The notes beneath the pieces are model-generated. The model ran no database searches, was not told the DNA's origin, and saw only the letters and a list, made by a program, of their open reading frames with translations. Positions 25,716-38,516 of a stretch of 64,000 nt of DNA are shown piece by piece; the first letter of the stretch is position 1; each line of letters starts with the position of its first letter. This DNA is from Eledone cirrhosa (taxonomy: Eukaryota): contig OZ024742.1 in assembly GCA_964016885.1 (NCBI GenBank), positions 41,602,001-41,666,000 of the forward strand, read 5' to 3'. A program made the position numbers and the translations under genes.

Positions 25716-26234
25716 TCCAAATCCTCACAAGGTCAACTTTGTATTTCATCCCTCCGAGATCGATAAAATAAAGTACCAATCAATTAAGCATTGACTTTCT
25801 CCTCCTCTTCAAATTGCTGGCCTTGTGCCAAAGTTAGAAACCATTATTGTTATTATTTGGTGGTAGATTGATAGAACTGGTAGAACGTCGGAGGAAATGT
25901 AATACTTGCTCCGGCTGTTTACTTTCTGTGTTCAAATTTTGCCGAGGTTAGCTTTGCCTTTCATCCTTATGGGGTCGATAAAATAAAGTACCAGTAACGT
26001 ACTAGGGTCGATTTAATTGACTTTTCCCTCCCCACAAATTGTTGGCCTTGTGCCAAGGTCGGACGCCATGCTTTGCAGCACAGAGTTACGCCCCTTTACG
26101 ATCTGAGTTCAAATCCCGCCGAGGTTAATTGCTGGCCATGTGCCAAAAGTAGAAACAATTATTAGTATTGTTATGTTTAACACTTTTCTCTCTCCCTCTC
26201 TCATCTTCTATAATTCTCATCCGCTGTACTATAG

Positions 26235-26421
26235 GCACTCACCTCTGGGAGTTTATACGTGACCTATTGCACGATGACCAATACAATCCAAAATACATCA
26301 AATGGGAAGATCCCGATAGTGGTGTGTTCCGATTTGTTGTTACTGACAAGGTGGCAGAACTGTGGGGAGAGAGAAAACAAAATAAATGTATGACCTATGA
26401 GAAACTATCCCGTGCCATGAG
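26235..26421 (+). CDS. PNT-ETS factor exon 7, ETS domain helices 1-3
   Basis: GTHLWEFIRDLL...IKWED...GVFRF...VAELWGERK.N..MTYEKLSRAMR closely matches the EHF/ELF3/ELF5 ETS domain; donor AG|gtaagc (phase 2). Confidence 0.97.
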
Positions 26422-27993
26422 GTAAGCCTAATTCAACAGATTTACATTTCTATAGTAACGGAGAATGCGCGTATCGTGTGTGTAGATATGTGTTCATTAA
26501 TTCCAGGTAAGTCCTTAAAGAAAAGACATGTGTTTAAAGGTTTTCCAAGCATGTCCATCTCGTATTTTTGAATGTCTAGAACAACGTTGGCCAGTGTGTC
26601 CTCATAATATCCTATAAAGATTTAAGATTTTAATAAACACGTTTGTGTATAGTATCTTTACTGGGGGACAGTTCATTGTGAAAATTACATGTGTGAATAA
26701 TAATTTAAACAATTGTCTTTTTGTAAACTCATTTCTGTATTTCTATATAGCATCATTGTGGTTTTTTATTATTATTCAGCGTGTCATTTTTCATGTTTAT
26801 ACTTCTCACGTCACCTCGCATAAATATGTCAGGTTGTTACCGTAAGCACTCTCAAGAAATGTTGTCCGAAAAACAGACTTTACGTTTGCACCAAATATTG
26901 GGATCGATTGCAAAATAACGCCCACCACCCACCACCACACACATAAAAAATCTAATCCAGTAAAACTTGGAAAAATCTCGTAGCTATGTTAAGTAACGTC
27001 CGTACCCATAAATAATTAATAATAATAAAGGCGTATATGGAAACATATACGATATGTTTGTGTATGGTAGACATGCATTTGGTCTTGCTGTGATTATTTT
27101 AAGTTGTGGTCAGCACAGATACTTCGGTATCGATTTGGGAGTACTGTATGCATGTATATCAGAGTTGTTACTCATCATTGGCGGTTTATTACTTACGTTG
27201 AGATGAGAGGATTTTGTAAACGAATTATTCTTGTTAAAAGCATATTTACATATAGTACAAACTTGACTGGTATTGATTAGCGATTGAACTAACACAGCAT
27301 GATTCAGAATAAAGCTGTATGTGGACTCATAAACAATATGTGTAAATGTAATAATAGTCTCACTGTGAGTAATTTAAGCAGGCTGGCACCAGGAAGGGCA
27401 TCAAGCGAGAGAAAACATGTCAAATAAAAGGATCTAAAAGACTCTTCCGTTGAGTTAAGGACATGATAACCCCACTAGTGCTTGTGTCACGATAAAATAC
27501 AACCAATACACTTTGTAAACTGGTTGGTGATAGGAAAGGCATCCAGTTGTTGAAACCAGCCCAAAACTAGAATGTATGAAAGTGTAGTGGAACTACGTCG
27601 CACCTCGCAATAGCAACATTTTCATACGCAATAAGGTCAAACTGATCAATGGGAAGTTGCGTATGAATACATGGTCAATCTCCCTCTCGCTCTCTGGTAA
27701 AACACCTCAGACAGCACTCGAGATACCACACAGACCGAGCTGACCAGGAGATGATACAGACGCGCGAAGATTTATTGTAAAATGACTCCTTCATTCCTTT
27801 CGAAAAATAAAATTATATTTATAGAGGATTGAGCATTAAAGAGCTATTTATTTATATCCTGGAGGCCAGAAGCATTTACTACCGATGAGAAGCTACCAAC
27901 TCTTCGATTAAGGTATTTCAATTATATCGCTTATAAATAAAATCCTTCGAAGACTGATAACATGCAATTGTAAAAGGATATAGATAATATTGT

Positions 27994-28690
27994 GACATTA
28001 CTGCTGAATCTGTAACGCGAGCCCTGGTTTCAGGATGGATATCGCGCTATGGGGTTCTTATCACTATTACTACAGATCGTGGCAGGCACTTTGAATCCCA
28101 ACTTTTCAGGGATCTAACGAATATCATCGGCGCTCAACGCATCAGGACTACCAGTTACCACCCTGCATCTAATGGAATGGTAGAGCGTTTTCATCGCCAG
28201 TTAAAGGCCGCATTGCGTGCTTATCCGGGTACTCTACATTGGAGCGACTACCTCCCCATAGTATTACTCGGTACCCGCACTTCAATGAAAGAAGACCTTG
28301 GATTCTCTCCAGCCGAGCTTTTGTACGGCACTATATTATCTCTGCCAGGGCAGATGCTTGCCCCAATTGACCTTGCTACTCAGGACCCTACACTATATGT
28401 GACCCGTTTGCGTGCGTATTTTCAAGTCCTGCCTCCTATGAACACTAGGCAACAAACCATTAAATCTTCGGTTCCGAGGGACATTGCCTCGTAGACCCAT
28501 GTTTTTGTCAGGAATGACGCAGTGAGAAGTCCTCTCACTCCACCTTATTCTGGACCCTATCGTGTACTTGCACGTACAGATAAGCATTTCACCATTGACT
28601 TCAATGGACATAAAGACACAGTCTCTATTGACAGACTAAAGCGGGCCTACATAGATGCTCTCACACCAGAGCCTCATACTCCCCCTCTTA
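27994..28690 (+). mobile_element. Ty3/Gypsy integrase fragment
   Basis: WISRYG...ITTDRGRHFES...RTTSYHPASNGMVERFHRQLKAAL (rve core), then the PPYSGPYRV GPY/F motif; in-frame stop. Confidence 0.93.
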
Positions 28691-28729
28691 CAATGTGTCA
28701 ATACAAGCACCACCGCAAACACCACAACC

Positions 28730-29890
28730 CTCTCTATGATGTATCGCATATGTGGAGGTTGCCGTAGATGGATCACTTGGAATGGCACATGTCTGTGCCT
28801 CACCTACCAGACCACCGACGACAAAAACCAACCCCGTGGCTAACACCTTGGTCAAAATTTTGAACTCTGCATTTAGTAGACTTATGAGCCTAAAATTGTC
28901 GATAAAATTCCCTTTGTTCGGGTCCTTTCTCAGCAGTGCCACCGCTCCTCGGCTCATAGAACTGGGAATTCTTCCGTTCTGCTGCCAGTTGCAGTAGACA
29001 TCTGTCAAGATATCGCCGAACAAGTCTGGCATGTGAACGTAAAACTCGTAGGGCAGACCATCCAAACCGGACGATTTACCCCTTGTGCAGCCGGTCATTT
29101 CAGCGGCTGTTATTGTCTTTTTGCAACACTCCGCCTCCATCGCCGATAGCCACCGCAGGCCATCGAGACAGGCAGTGAAGTCTATCTCGCGATCCGGCCC
29201 GCTGCTGCTGCCGAACAGTTGGGCAAAGTGTTGCTGAAAAGCCACGCACTACTGCTTGGGATCGCTCGTCGTGCTGCTCCAAAGATCAGATTGTAGCTTT
29301 GTTGCCACGCCGCGCCTGCGCCACTTGGGCCCATTGAACGAATGGCTTTCGTCCCCTCCTGTCTAAGAGCACGCGCCTTAGCTCTGAACACGCAGCCTTC
29401 GTGCTTAGCAGTGAAGAATTGGTCTAGGGCCAATCTCGCTGCAATAACGTCGTTTGCGATGCTTTGCTAATTGCCTCTTCTAGTTTTTTTAACTAGCTAT
29501 CCCTCAACTCTAGTTTTCTCTAGTCTACCTAATCGCCCTTTTCACGGCATACCACTACCTGCCATTGATGATTATTCCCGTCAACGCCCGCTTACCTAAT
29601 TCATTACGCCAGTCTCTGGTAGGCTTTGTGCATTGGGAATGAGACGTTCAATTTCTAGTAACCGAGTCCTTGCCTATGGAGCCTATCTATATCTACTACA
29701 CATGTCACAAATGTGTGGTGTGTATTCGACTATTTCAAATTGTGTACAACCTATGTTATCCTTGTCTACTTCTCTACAGAACACCCTATCTAGATACGAT
29801 CTGGATGACCCGATACGGTTAGTCCATGTTCACATTGGCGCATTCAGAAAATCCAGTCGGTATTTGTCAGACAGTTGGCAGTCTAAGCAG
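28730..29890 (-). mobile_element. Tx1-like ORF2 fragment (subfamily B)
   Basis: KHEGCV, KSSGLDGLPYEFY, NWQQNGRIP. Confidence 0.9.
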
Positions 29891-30454
29891 GTCTATGGCT
29901 TTCTCTATTTTTCAAGTTTTTAATCCAGTTATATGATACGTTACTGTCCGACCTATCGTATTTTGTATCGTTTTGCTAGGAGTGTTTATGTTTATGATGA
30001 GGCCGTCTCTTTCTACCAATCCACTTGCTTGTTCTACTTCTTTTTCGGAGAAAGTGATCTTCGAAAAAAAAGAGATTTGGTAGTGCTGGCATTAGCAGTA
30101 TCGGTAGAGGGTCGGACGCCATGCTTGACGCATAGAGTTACGGCCCTTGCCATTCTGAGTTCAAATCCCGCCGAGGTTAACTTTGCCTTTCATCCTTACG
30201 GGATGCAGTAATGCACTGGGATAATTGCCGGCCTTGTGCCCAAAGTAGAAATAATTATTTGTTGGTTTGGTGGTTGTTTTCTCGCCGCCGCTGCTGCTGC
30301 TGCTGTTGTCGTTGTTTCATTGTTACTGTCTTTTTCGATTTTATCAGTTGTTTTTGTTCTAGTTTTCACTTTTATTATTGTTGTTTTTATTGTTTTTGAT
30401 TTTGTTGTTGTTGCTGTTGTTATTGCTGTTATTCATTATTTGTCATATTATTTT

Positions 30455-31390
30455 AAATAATTGTTTCTACTTTTGGCACAAGGCCATCAATTATCCTAGT
30501 GCATTACCGGTACTTTATTTTATCGACCTCGTAAGCATGAAAGGCAAAGTATTTTGAATAATACGGCCAGGGAGGTGTTGTGTCAACACGACCTACATGC
30601 CTATGCCAAAACAGGTCAGTTTTTCTAAACGTTTGTCAAATCTCGAACAAAACGTTAATGCCGGTCGAAAAGTAAACAAATAATGAAAATTTACACGAGC
30701 TGATGTGAAACCTGGCTTCTACCTCAGGAGTCAATAATAATAATGATTTCTACTTTTTAATAATTATTTCTACTTTAGGCACAAGGCCAACAATTACCCA
30801 GTGCATTACTGGTACTTTATTTTATCTACTTTTTAATAATTGGTTCTACTTTAGGCACAAGGCCAGCAATTCACCAGTACATTACGGGTACTTTATTTTA
30901 TCGACCTCGTAAGGATGAAAGGCAAAGTTAACCTCCGCGGGATTTGAACTCAGACTGTAAAGAGACGTAACTATGCTAGAAAACATGGCGTCCAACCCTC
31001 TACCGATACTGCCAATTCACCGCGGTTTTTTTATATAGACACAAGGCCAGCAATTTTGGAGGAGGGGAAAGTCGATTAAATCGACCCAGTGCGTGACTGG
31101 TACTTTATTTTATCGACCCCATAAGGATGAAAGGCAAATTATTTTGAATAATACGGTCAGGGAGGTGTCGTGTCAACATGACGGGATTTGAACTCAGAAC
31201 GTAAAGGGACATAACTGTGTTGTACAATAATAATAATAATGATGATTTCTACTATAGGTACAAGGCCAGCAATTCTTTTTTGTGTGTGTGAGGGGGTGGA
31301 GATAGTCGATTAAATCGACCCCAGTGCGTGACTTTATTTTATCGACCCATAAGGATGAAAGGCAAAGCTAACCTCGACAGAATTTGAACT
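30455..31390 (-). repeat. Cluster of scrambled SINE 3' halves and tails
   Basis: At least five iterations of tttctact..ggcacaaggcc...ggtactttattttatcgacc; segment 30540-30590 is repeated at 31130-31180. Confidence 0.85.
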
Positions 31391-31539
31391 AATTCTAACT
31401 AAAGCCGCAAAAACTCCACAGAAAGCATGTCAAAACTAGGTCTACAAACATTTAGAGATAGATGGCAACAAAAACCTCTGCATGGCCAATTCCCACTTCG
31501 CACCCAAGATGCTGATGTAGAAAAAAAAAAAAGAAAATC

Positions 31540-31928
31540 CACTTTTCATAGATGTCCCGCAGATGTTCAGCGAATCTGTCGGCCAGTCGATGGTCAGTCT
31601 GACCAATGTAAATGGCACCGCATAGCGTGTACCGGAGAGCATATACGAAACGATTAAAAGTGCAACTAAAAGAGTCCCTAATATGAGGGTGATGGTGTGG
31701 ATAATAAGGTTGTATGTGACAGCGGGGTCGGGGGCAAGGAAGGGATCCTGGAGAGGAGTTGGAAGGAGGGAGGGAACTGCGGACGAGAAGGTTCTTAATT
31801 GATGCATGCACGTTTAAAAGAAGGAGGAGGTGGAAGGGGAGAATGAGAAAGGTGGACGGATCCGTCTGGAGACGACAGAAGAGGCGGAGGATTGTCCTCT
31901 TAAGGGATATACAAGATTGGTCGGCGGT

Positions 31929-31968
<40 letters not shown>

Positions 31969-32270
31969 AGCTGTCGTTGCTGTTGTTGTTGTTGTCTATA
32001 GGTGGCTGTCAACAAAATATATACCCCACACCCCTCAGAGCTCCATTTATTGCTTCAAGTGTCTACTGGGTTTTGGCTGCACTCAGTTCTTCGTTCTTTT
32101 CGTCTTTTTTCGTTGATAGCTTTTTCTAGCAAACACGACGGCTGGCAAACCCATCAAGGAACTCATATGTATGCACAGTATATAGAAGGAATATATTAGG
32201 TTAACTCTTGAAGTAGAAGGAAGAGGGTCTTAACGTTTCGAACGTTAATCCTTCATCAGAACAAAGAATG
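31540..32270 (-). mobile_element. Penelope-like fragment (GIY-YIG) with an upstream pLTR piece
   Basis: VYALRYTLCGAIYIGQTDHRLADRFAEHLRDI; hammerhead motif at 32227-32263. Confidence 0.8.
32227..32263 (-). ncRNA. Minimal hammerhead ribozyme motif
   Basis: Minus strand reads CTGATGA-A-GGAT-TAAC-GTTC-GAAA-CG-TTA: intact catalytic boxes and palindromic AACGTT stem III typical of PLE hammerheads. Confidence 0.7.
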
Positions 32271-32448
32271 AGAAATAAGATAGATTGAGGGGACGGGTGG
32301 GTTGGAATTGGAAAAAATGTCTTTAGATAAAAATAACAGTTCCATTCATGTTGACATCTCGTGGAAAACTGTGGTGCTGCCGTTTTGTGTATGATTTATT
32401 TTTTTAGAAAAGTGGATGATGGAGCGCGTCTACCTGAAATGGAAAATC

Positions 32449-32710
32449 TATCTATCTATATATATAAAACTGTTGTTGTTTGTGTGAGTGTGTGTGTCCT
32501 CATTTTTGCAAAGTCTACACAAATCCACATTTCTACTCCGATTGACTTCAAACTTGCTTTTATATATTCCTTGCGGTCTAAAGATACTAACTGCAGCTTT
32601 TATTTTTCAATTTTCTGTTGTTAAAGGGGTGTTAGGCGCCGGTTATCGATCTCCGTCGAGCCCTTATAATATCTGTCTGTATGTCTGCCTGTCTGCATAA
32701 CGACATTCTG
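32449..32710 (+). mobile_element. Non-autonomous Helitron-like 5' end
   Basis: tctatatatataaaa start, (GT)n, ccgattgacttcaaactt; inverted homologue at 62250-62530. Confidence 0.5.
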
Positions 32711-32745
32711 ACGAACACGTCATTGCTGACGTATCTTCGCTACAT

Positions 32746-32830
<85 letters not shown>

Positions 32831-32947
32831 TATATACTTATATATACATATATATATATATACACATATATACATATACACACACATATATACATATACA
32901 CACACATATATACATATACACACACATATATACACACACACATATAT

Positions 32948-33003
<56 letters not shown>

Positions 33004-33418
33004 GGATTAACAAATAATAGTTAAATGCAGTCCACTTAGGTGAAGTCCAGTTATGGTATTCCAGGTAGTGGATGATATTAACGCTTGGCTTGGTTTGACT
33101 CAACAAGGCGTTTTCATAGTGATGCTGCGGGTATGCTGTAATTCCTATGTTGTAAACACTTGGAGTAATAATAAATCAGGAAAGAAGGTTTACATTTTCT
33201 TTTATTTTCTTGCCTGTGTATTTTCTTCATTCTCGCATGCTCCGAAGATCTGACTGGTTATAATTCTGTATTGGCGATCGAGTGACGCAAAATTAGGCGG
33301 ATAGCGATCTCTAGACATACCAGTTCAGTGAAACAAATGTAAGCTATGTGATTAAAAACTTTTTTGTATAGCAAACCATGTAAACCTTCTTTCCTGATTT
33401 ATATATATATATATATAT

Positions 33419-36258
33419 TTATTAAAATAACAGATTAAAGTTTAAGCAAAGAATCGCTGCTTTCACCCTTAACGGGATCTTCTGAAACTAACAAAGTCAA
33501 TCTGTAAACGCAGAACTGGATATTTCAAAAAACGTTGCAACCGGAGGAAGACAGGAAGACGATACTTTGGTTCATGGTGACGTTCGCTGGCAAAGAACGG
33601 GAAAAAACGAATAATACGTCATTAATAGGAGCGGTGAAAAACAATTACGTGCAAGGACAGAACCACGTTTATGGTATAAAAGAGGTCGTAGACTAATGTT
33701 CTCTAAGTGGTGCATAGAGACGTTCTCTGGCAATGAACGAAAAAACGAAGATAATAAGTCATATGTGGAGCGTGGAGAACAATAGCGTGCAAAGACAAAT
33801 CCACGTAAATGGTATAGCAGAAGTCGTAGACTACAATTCTAACTAGGAGACCGAATGAATCTCCGCTACAGAGTTAAGAACAAAGTAAATAAATACAATA
33901 CCGAAGTAATAGGAACAAATAAATACATACACGCAAACAGATACGTACATACACAAGCATACGCAAAACCTTACCATAGGTATACAAAACCACGCACATA
34001 TAAATGTGTGTATGCTTGTGTACAAATAAATAAATAATTATATAAACGTATATAAGTAAATAAATACGTATATAACAAGCGCACACACATACCTACAAAT
34101 AAATACATGAAGGTTCGGAGACGTAAGTCAACTAAAACAAGAAGTACACATATACACCCACCCACCATACGTACGAGCCTGCATACTCACGCAGACGCAA
34201 AACTCCCATATACACATAACAAAGCCCTAAATACCAGAATATGTAAAAATTATACGCCAAAACAGTCAAATATACGTACGAGAAGGTATACATACCTTCA
34301 CAAAACATACGGGTAATATATACTTACCTATGCAAATAAGTAAAGGAATAAACAAAACATATACTTAGCTCCCACATCAAGACGTAAATATCCACGTATA
34401 GATCGTGCTATCCGTTAGGGTATAACGTAGGGCTGTAATACAGGAAAGTTTTGTGCAATTTATGTTTACAAGCCGAAATTGCCTCAGATTTTTTGTTTAA
34501 GATGTGGTCTGTGGCGTAGAGTATTTCCAGGGCCTCAGCGGCGCATAGGTCACGTGGTCTTTTATTTCCGTTATACGATCTAGCCCTAGCTAGGATCTCC
34601 CAGTGTAACTTATATTGGGTGTGGTTGTCTTTTAGACTCCAGATATAAGCTGAAAGTGACGTCATATTCCTTCTTAGAGGGTAACGAAAAGAATGGGTAT
34701 GCATGTAAAGACGCTGCTTGAAACTATTGGCGGTTAACCCTATGTAGGCCCTACGGGACGTGGGTGTTACAACCTTACATTTGTAGACAATGTTACTAGA
34801 GAGGCATTTCCCGGATAGGGGACAATCAGCCCGATTCCTACAATTACAGTTAGTACTAACTACAGGGTTGCACGTGTTCCTACGGCTAGGTATTTTAGCT
34901 AAATTTGAAGCTGTGATGTTATGTGCAAGGTTAGGAGTCGTTGAGTAAGAAATTTTAATAGTGTTTCTATTAAAAATGTTACTATATTTATGTGTAGGGG
35001 GAAAATGCTTCGTAATAAGGGAAAGAAAGATCTTAGCTAATGGTGTGGCCACCTCCATATTATATGGTGGGTTAAACCAACAAATGCGACGGGATCTATT
35101 TCTTCTAGGTCTATACTCGTACTCTGTATATGCTACCTTATCGACAAATCCACTTCGAGCAAGAGCTTCATTGTAATAAGTGGAATGGTCGTTGAAAATG
35201 CGCTCGTTGGTGGAAAGACGGGAAAGCCTCAACGAAACGTTTTTTACCAGGTTCTTGGTTATGCTGGCAGGATGGTTGGAATGCTTACTTATGTAATTAA
35301 GCGTATCATTCGGCTTTCTATACGGGTAATGCAACCCATTCAATAAATTGAGGGTAACGTCGAGGTAATTAACTACCGAGAGATTGGCCTCAACCTGTAT
35401 AGAGAGGTTGAAGCCTTTAAAGAAGGCTGTGAGTTCTTTTCTGAATCTGTCACAAGCACGAGGTCCGCACTTAGTCATGGTCAAAAGGCCATCGTCACGG
35501 TACAAACCACCGCCCGCGTTGGGGAATTCGTCCTTGATAGAGAAAAGAAGGAAAAGGCCAATAAGATCAGTAACCTCCGCAGAGTCACTGGCGCCCATAC
35601 TCACGTCGAATGGAGTACTATTGGATTTTTTAATCCAAATAGAAAAAGGATAACAAAATATCGTTATAGGTAATCCAGTTAGAGGTTGTGAATACTTCTT
35701 ATTATGGATAGTTTTAGCATACGGCGTTGCTTGACTCAACAAGAGGTTTACGTAGATGACGAGTTTATGATTTCACTTGTATTCCTATGTAAGTTTATCT
35801 TGGAGTAATGAAATTGAAAAAGTGGAGAATATCATGGTCAACAGTACAAAAAAGGAGGATTTATTTGCAGTCTAATAATTGTTTCACTGATAGAGTTGTC
35901 TAAAAATTGCTGAACACTAAAAACAGTGCCACTCAATTTTAAATACTCTATTAGATCTTTGGAAACTGTTTCCGAAGATCTAATAGAGTTAAGATCGTAT
36001 TTAAAATTGAGTGGCACTGCTTTTAGTGTTCAGCAATTTTTAGACAACTCTATCAGTGAAACAATTGTTAGACTGCAAATAATTCACCCTTTTTTGTACT
36101 GTTGACCAAGTTATTCACCACTTTTTCAATTATATATATATATATATAGTAATAATAATAAATTTGAAGACTAAAATCCAAAGAGGGCTCGATAAGGATA
36201 AATATATATCAAATATATAAACAGCGATTCATTGCTTAAACTTTAATCTGTTATTTTA

Positions 36259-36309
<51 letters not shown>

Positions 36310-36451
36310 TACACAAAAATATATGTATATATACACACACACACCCACACATATATATATACATACATACATACATACATACATACATACATACATACAC
36401 ACATATATATATATATGCATACATATACACATATATATATATATATGTATC

Positions 36452-36533
<82 letters not shown>

Positions 36534-36780
36534 TACATTGTAGGTCGCTTTAACCCGTCTTTTATTATTCAAAAAACTTCTTGCCAATAAACATTAACCC
36601 TTTGTGCGCCATTCATCTAACTGTAGACCAACAAATACCAAGTTGACAAGAACGATGGCGAATGAATCTTCGAGGTAAGCAGTTTCCTCCCGAGCTGTTA
36701 GTTCACGCGGGATTCTCTGCTACACCTTTTCGTAATAATACCGAGCAACGTACTGCTTGTCACTCCTTCCTCCAAAAGCC
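33419..36780 (-). mobile_element. Penelope-like element: RT + GIY-YIG ORF (34408-35742), 3' UTR and inverted 5' segments
   Basis: FDVSMGASDSAEV, LYRDDGL, YLDVTLNL, SNHP, WFNPP, CPLSGKC, IVYKC...YIGLT...FKQR; 33419-33460 is inverted at 36221-36262; (TA)n flanks. Confidence 0.93.
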
Positions 36781-36787
36781 GTACAAA

Positions 36788-36920
<133 letters not shown>

Positions 36921-37189
36921 GTTGTAGTGTATGTTGTAGTGTATGGCATCAAAGTGTGTGTGAGTATTTCAGTATATATAACTACCAAAATTAAATTAAA
37001 GATGCCATGTCTGAGAATATGTTGATTTTTATGCTAATAAACGCTCAGATTTATTGCTTGTAATCTTTGAGCTTCTCCCACGGGTGATATGGCGTATGTT
37101 TCTGATATTCTCAGATATGACATCTTTAATTTAATTTGGGTAGTATTTACGGCTCCTAAGTATTCTGTTATATTTAAGACTATTCAACA

Positions 37190-37410
37190 GAATTCGTAAT
37201 ATAATCGGCTTGTCTCCCCACAGCCCCGGCGGACAGAATAGCGAAGGCGTTTCCCCGGAAGACGGCAAGGGAGACGCGCTAGAAGAGCCACTCCAACTCG
37301 GGGGCTCACACCTGCGGCTGGCCAGCTCAGCGCCTATGGTGGTGAGTAGGGAGGTAGCCCTAGGGCCGAGGACACCAGAAGTCTCCACTGCCAAGGATAC
37401 AACCGCCTGT
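37190..37410 (-). mobile_element. CRE-clade non-LTR 3' fragment
   Basis: VAVETSGVLGP...(frameshift)RVSLAVFRGNA, the C-terminal signature of the REL endonuclease. Confidence 0.75.
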
Positions 37411-38019
37411 TAGTTGAAAGGACTCGGCTGCTATTTCTAGCTGTCGATAACCCTATTCACGCCACTGGCTTGACGGCGGGTGATGTGTTTTTTAAAACCA
37501 CATGTGCTTTTCGTCGTTATTTCCTGACTTGCTTTTAGCGTGTAATCATAGAAAGTTAAATCTTCTCCTTTGTCGATGATCCAAGATTTGAAATCTATGA
37601 TTACCGATTAATTGTGAAATATATTTCTTCAATGGAAGGAGATTAATCATTATTGCAAGTGGATTGGCAGTATCGGTAGAGGGTCAGACACCATGCTTTC
37701 CAGCATAGTTACGTCCCTTTACGATCTGAGTTCAAATCCCGCCGAGGTTGACTTTGCCTTTCATCCTTACGAGGTCGATAAAATAAAGTACCAGTAATGC
37801 ACTGGGATAATTGATGGCCTTGTGCCAAAAGTAGAAACAATTATTGCAAGGTATCAATATTCAAGGTTCTTGTTAACATTTAATGTCACCTCCGTAACCA
37901 TGTGTGTTTACACTCTTTACAAATTATCCCCTGTAATTGTTTGATGTGTTTATTTTATATATATATGTGTCAATCGCCTTTAAATTATGTTTATATATAT
38001 GTATATATAATATATATAC

Positions 38020-38310
38020 AGTTAAAATTCCATGAGCGTGTGCCTGTAGCATCGTGGGAGGAAAACTGGAAGAGTGCACTTACTCTAGCGGTCAGGGTAA
38101 CCGTGGCTTTTTTGTGGGCTTTCCCTACGAGCGACCCTCAGAAGTCTCCCCCCCCCCCCCCCCATTGGGGAATTTTTCATTGTTTATTTTTTTATCACAT
38201 ACTCTGTTTTTGTTTTTTACACGCAGAAATGCCCATGTATTGTCCTGTGTTGTCCTTAATGTTATACTTTGTGTCAACCCTTGTGGTTAATAAAGAAAGC
38301 ATTATTATTA
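38020..38310 (+). mobile_element. Tx1-like subfamily B 3' UTR with (ATT)n tail
   Basis: Homologous to 47780-48043. Confidence 0.88.
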
Positions 38311-38516
38311 AGGGCGGTGGATTGGCAGTATCGGTAGAGGGTCGGGCGCCATGCTTTGACGTATAGAGTTACGGCCCTTGCCAGTCTGAGTTCAAATCCC
38401 GCCGAGGTTAACTTTGCTTTTCATCCTTACGGGGTCGATAAAATAAAGTACCAGTAATGCACTGAGTAATTGTTGGCCTTGTGCCAAAAGTAGAAACAAT
38501 TATTATTATTATTATT
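38311..38516 (+). mobile_element. Full-length tRNA-derived SINE (Meta-domain-like core) with (ATT)n tail
   Basis: A box TGGCAGTATCGG, B box GTTCAAATCC, core TTCATCCTTACGGGGTCGATAAAATAAAGTACCAG; the Meta assignment is from memory and needs a library search. Confidence 0.85.

Noticed and set aside
26833-26845. Possible proximal terminal exon after the ETS exon (cag|G TTG TTA CCG TAA)
   Set aside because: Weak pyrimidine tract and it would truncate the ETS wing; 51644 gives the homologous C-terminus.
30455-31390. Regularly recurring short repeats reminiscent of a CRISPR array
   Set aside because: Eukaryotic context; the units are SINE tails with irregular, non-unique spacing; no cas genes.
38311-38410. 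tRNA gene candidates with A and B boxes
   Set aside because: They are heads of a multi-copy SINE and no cloverleaf is evident.
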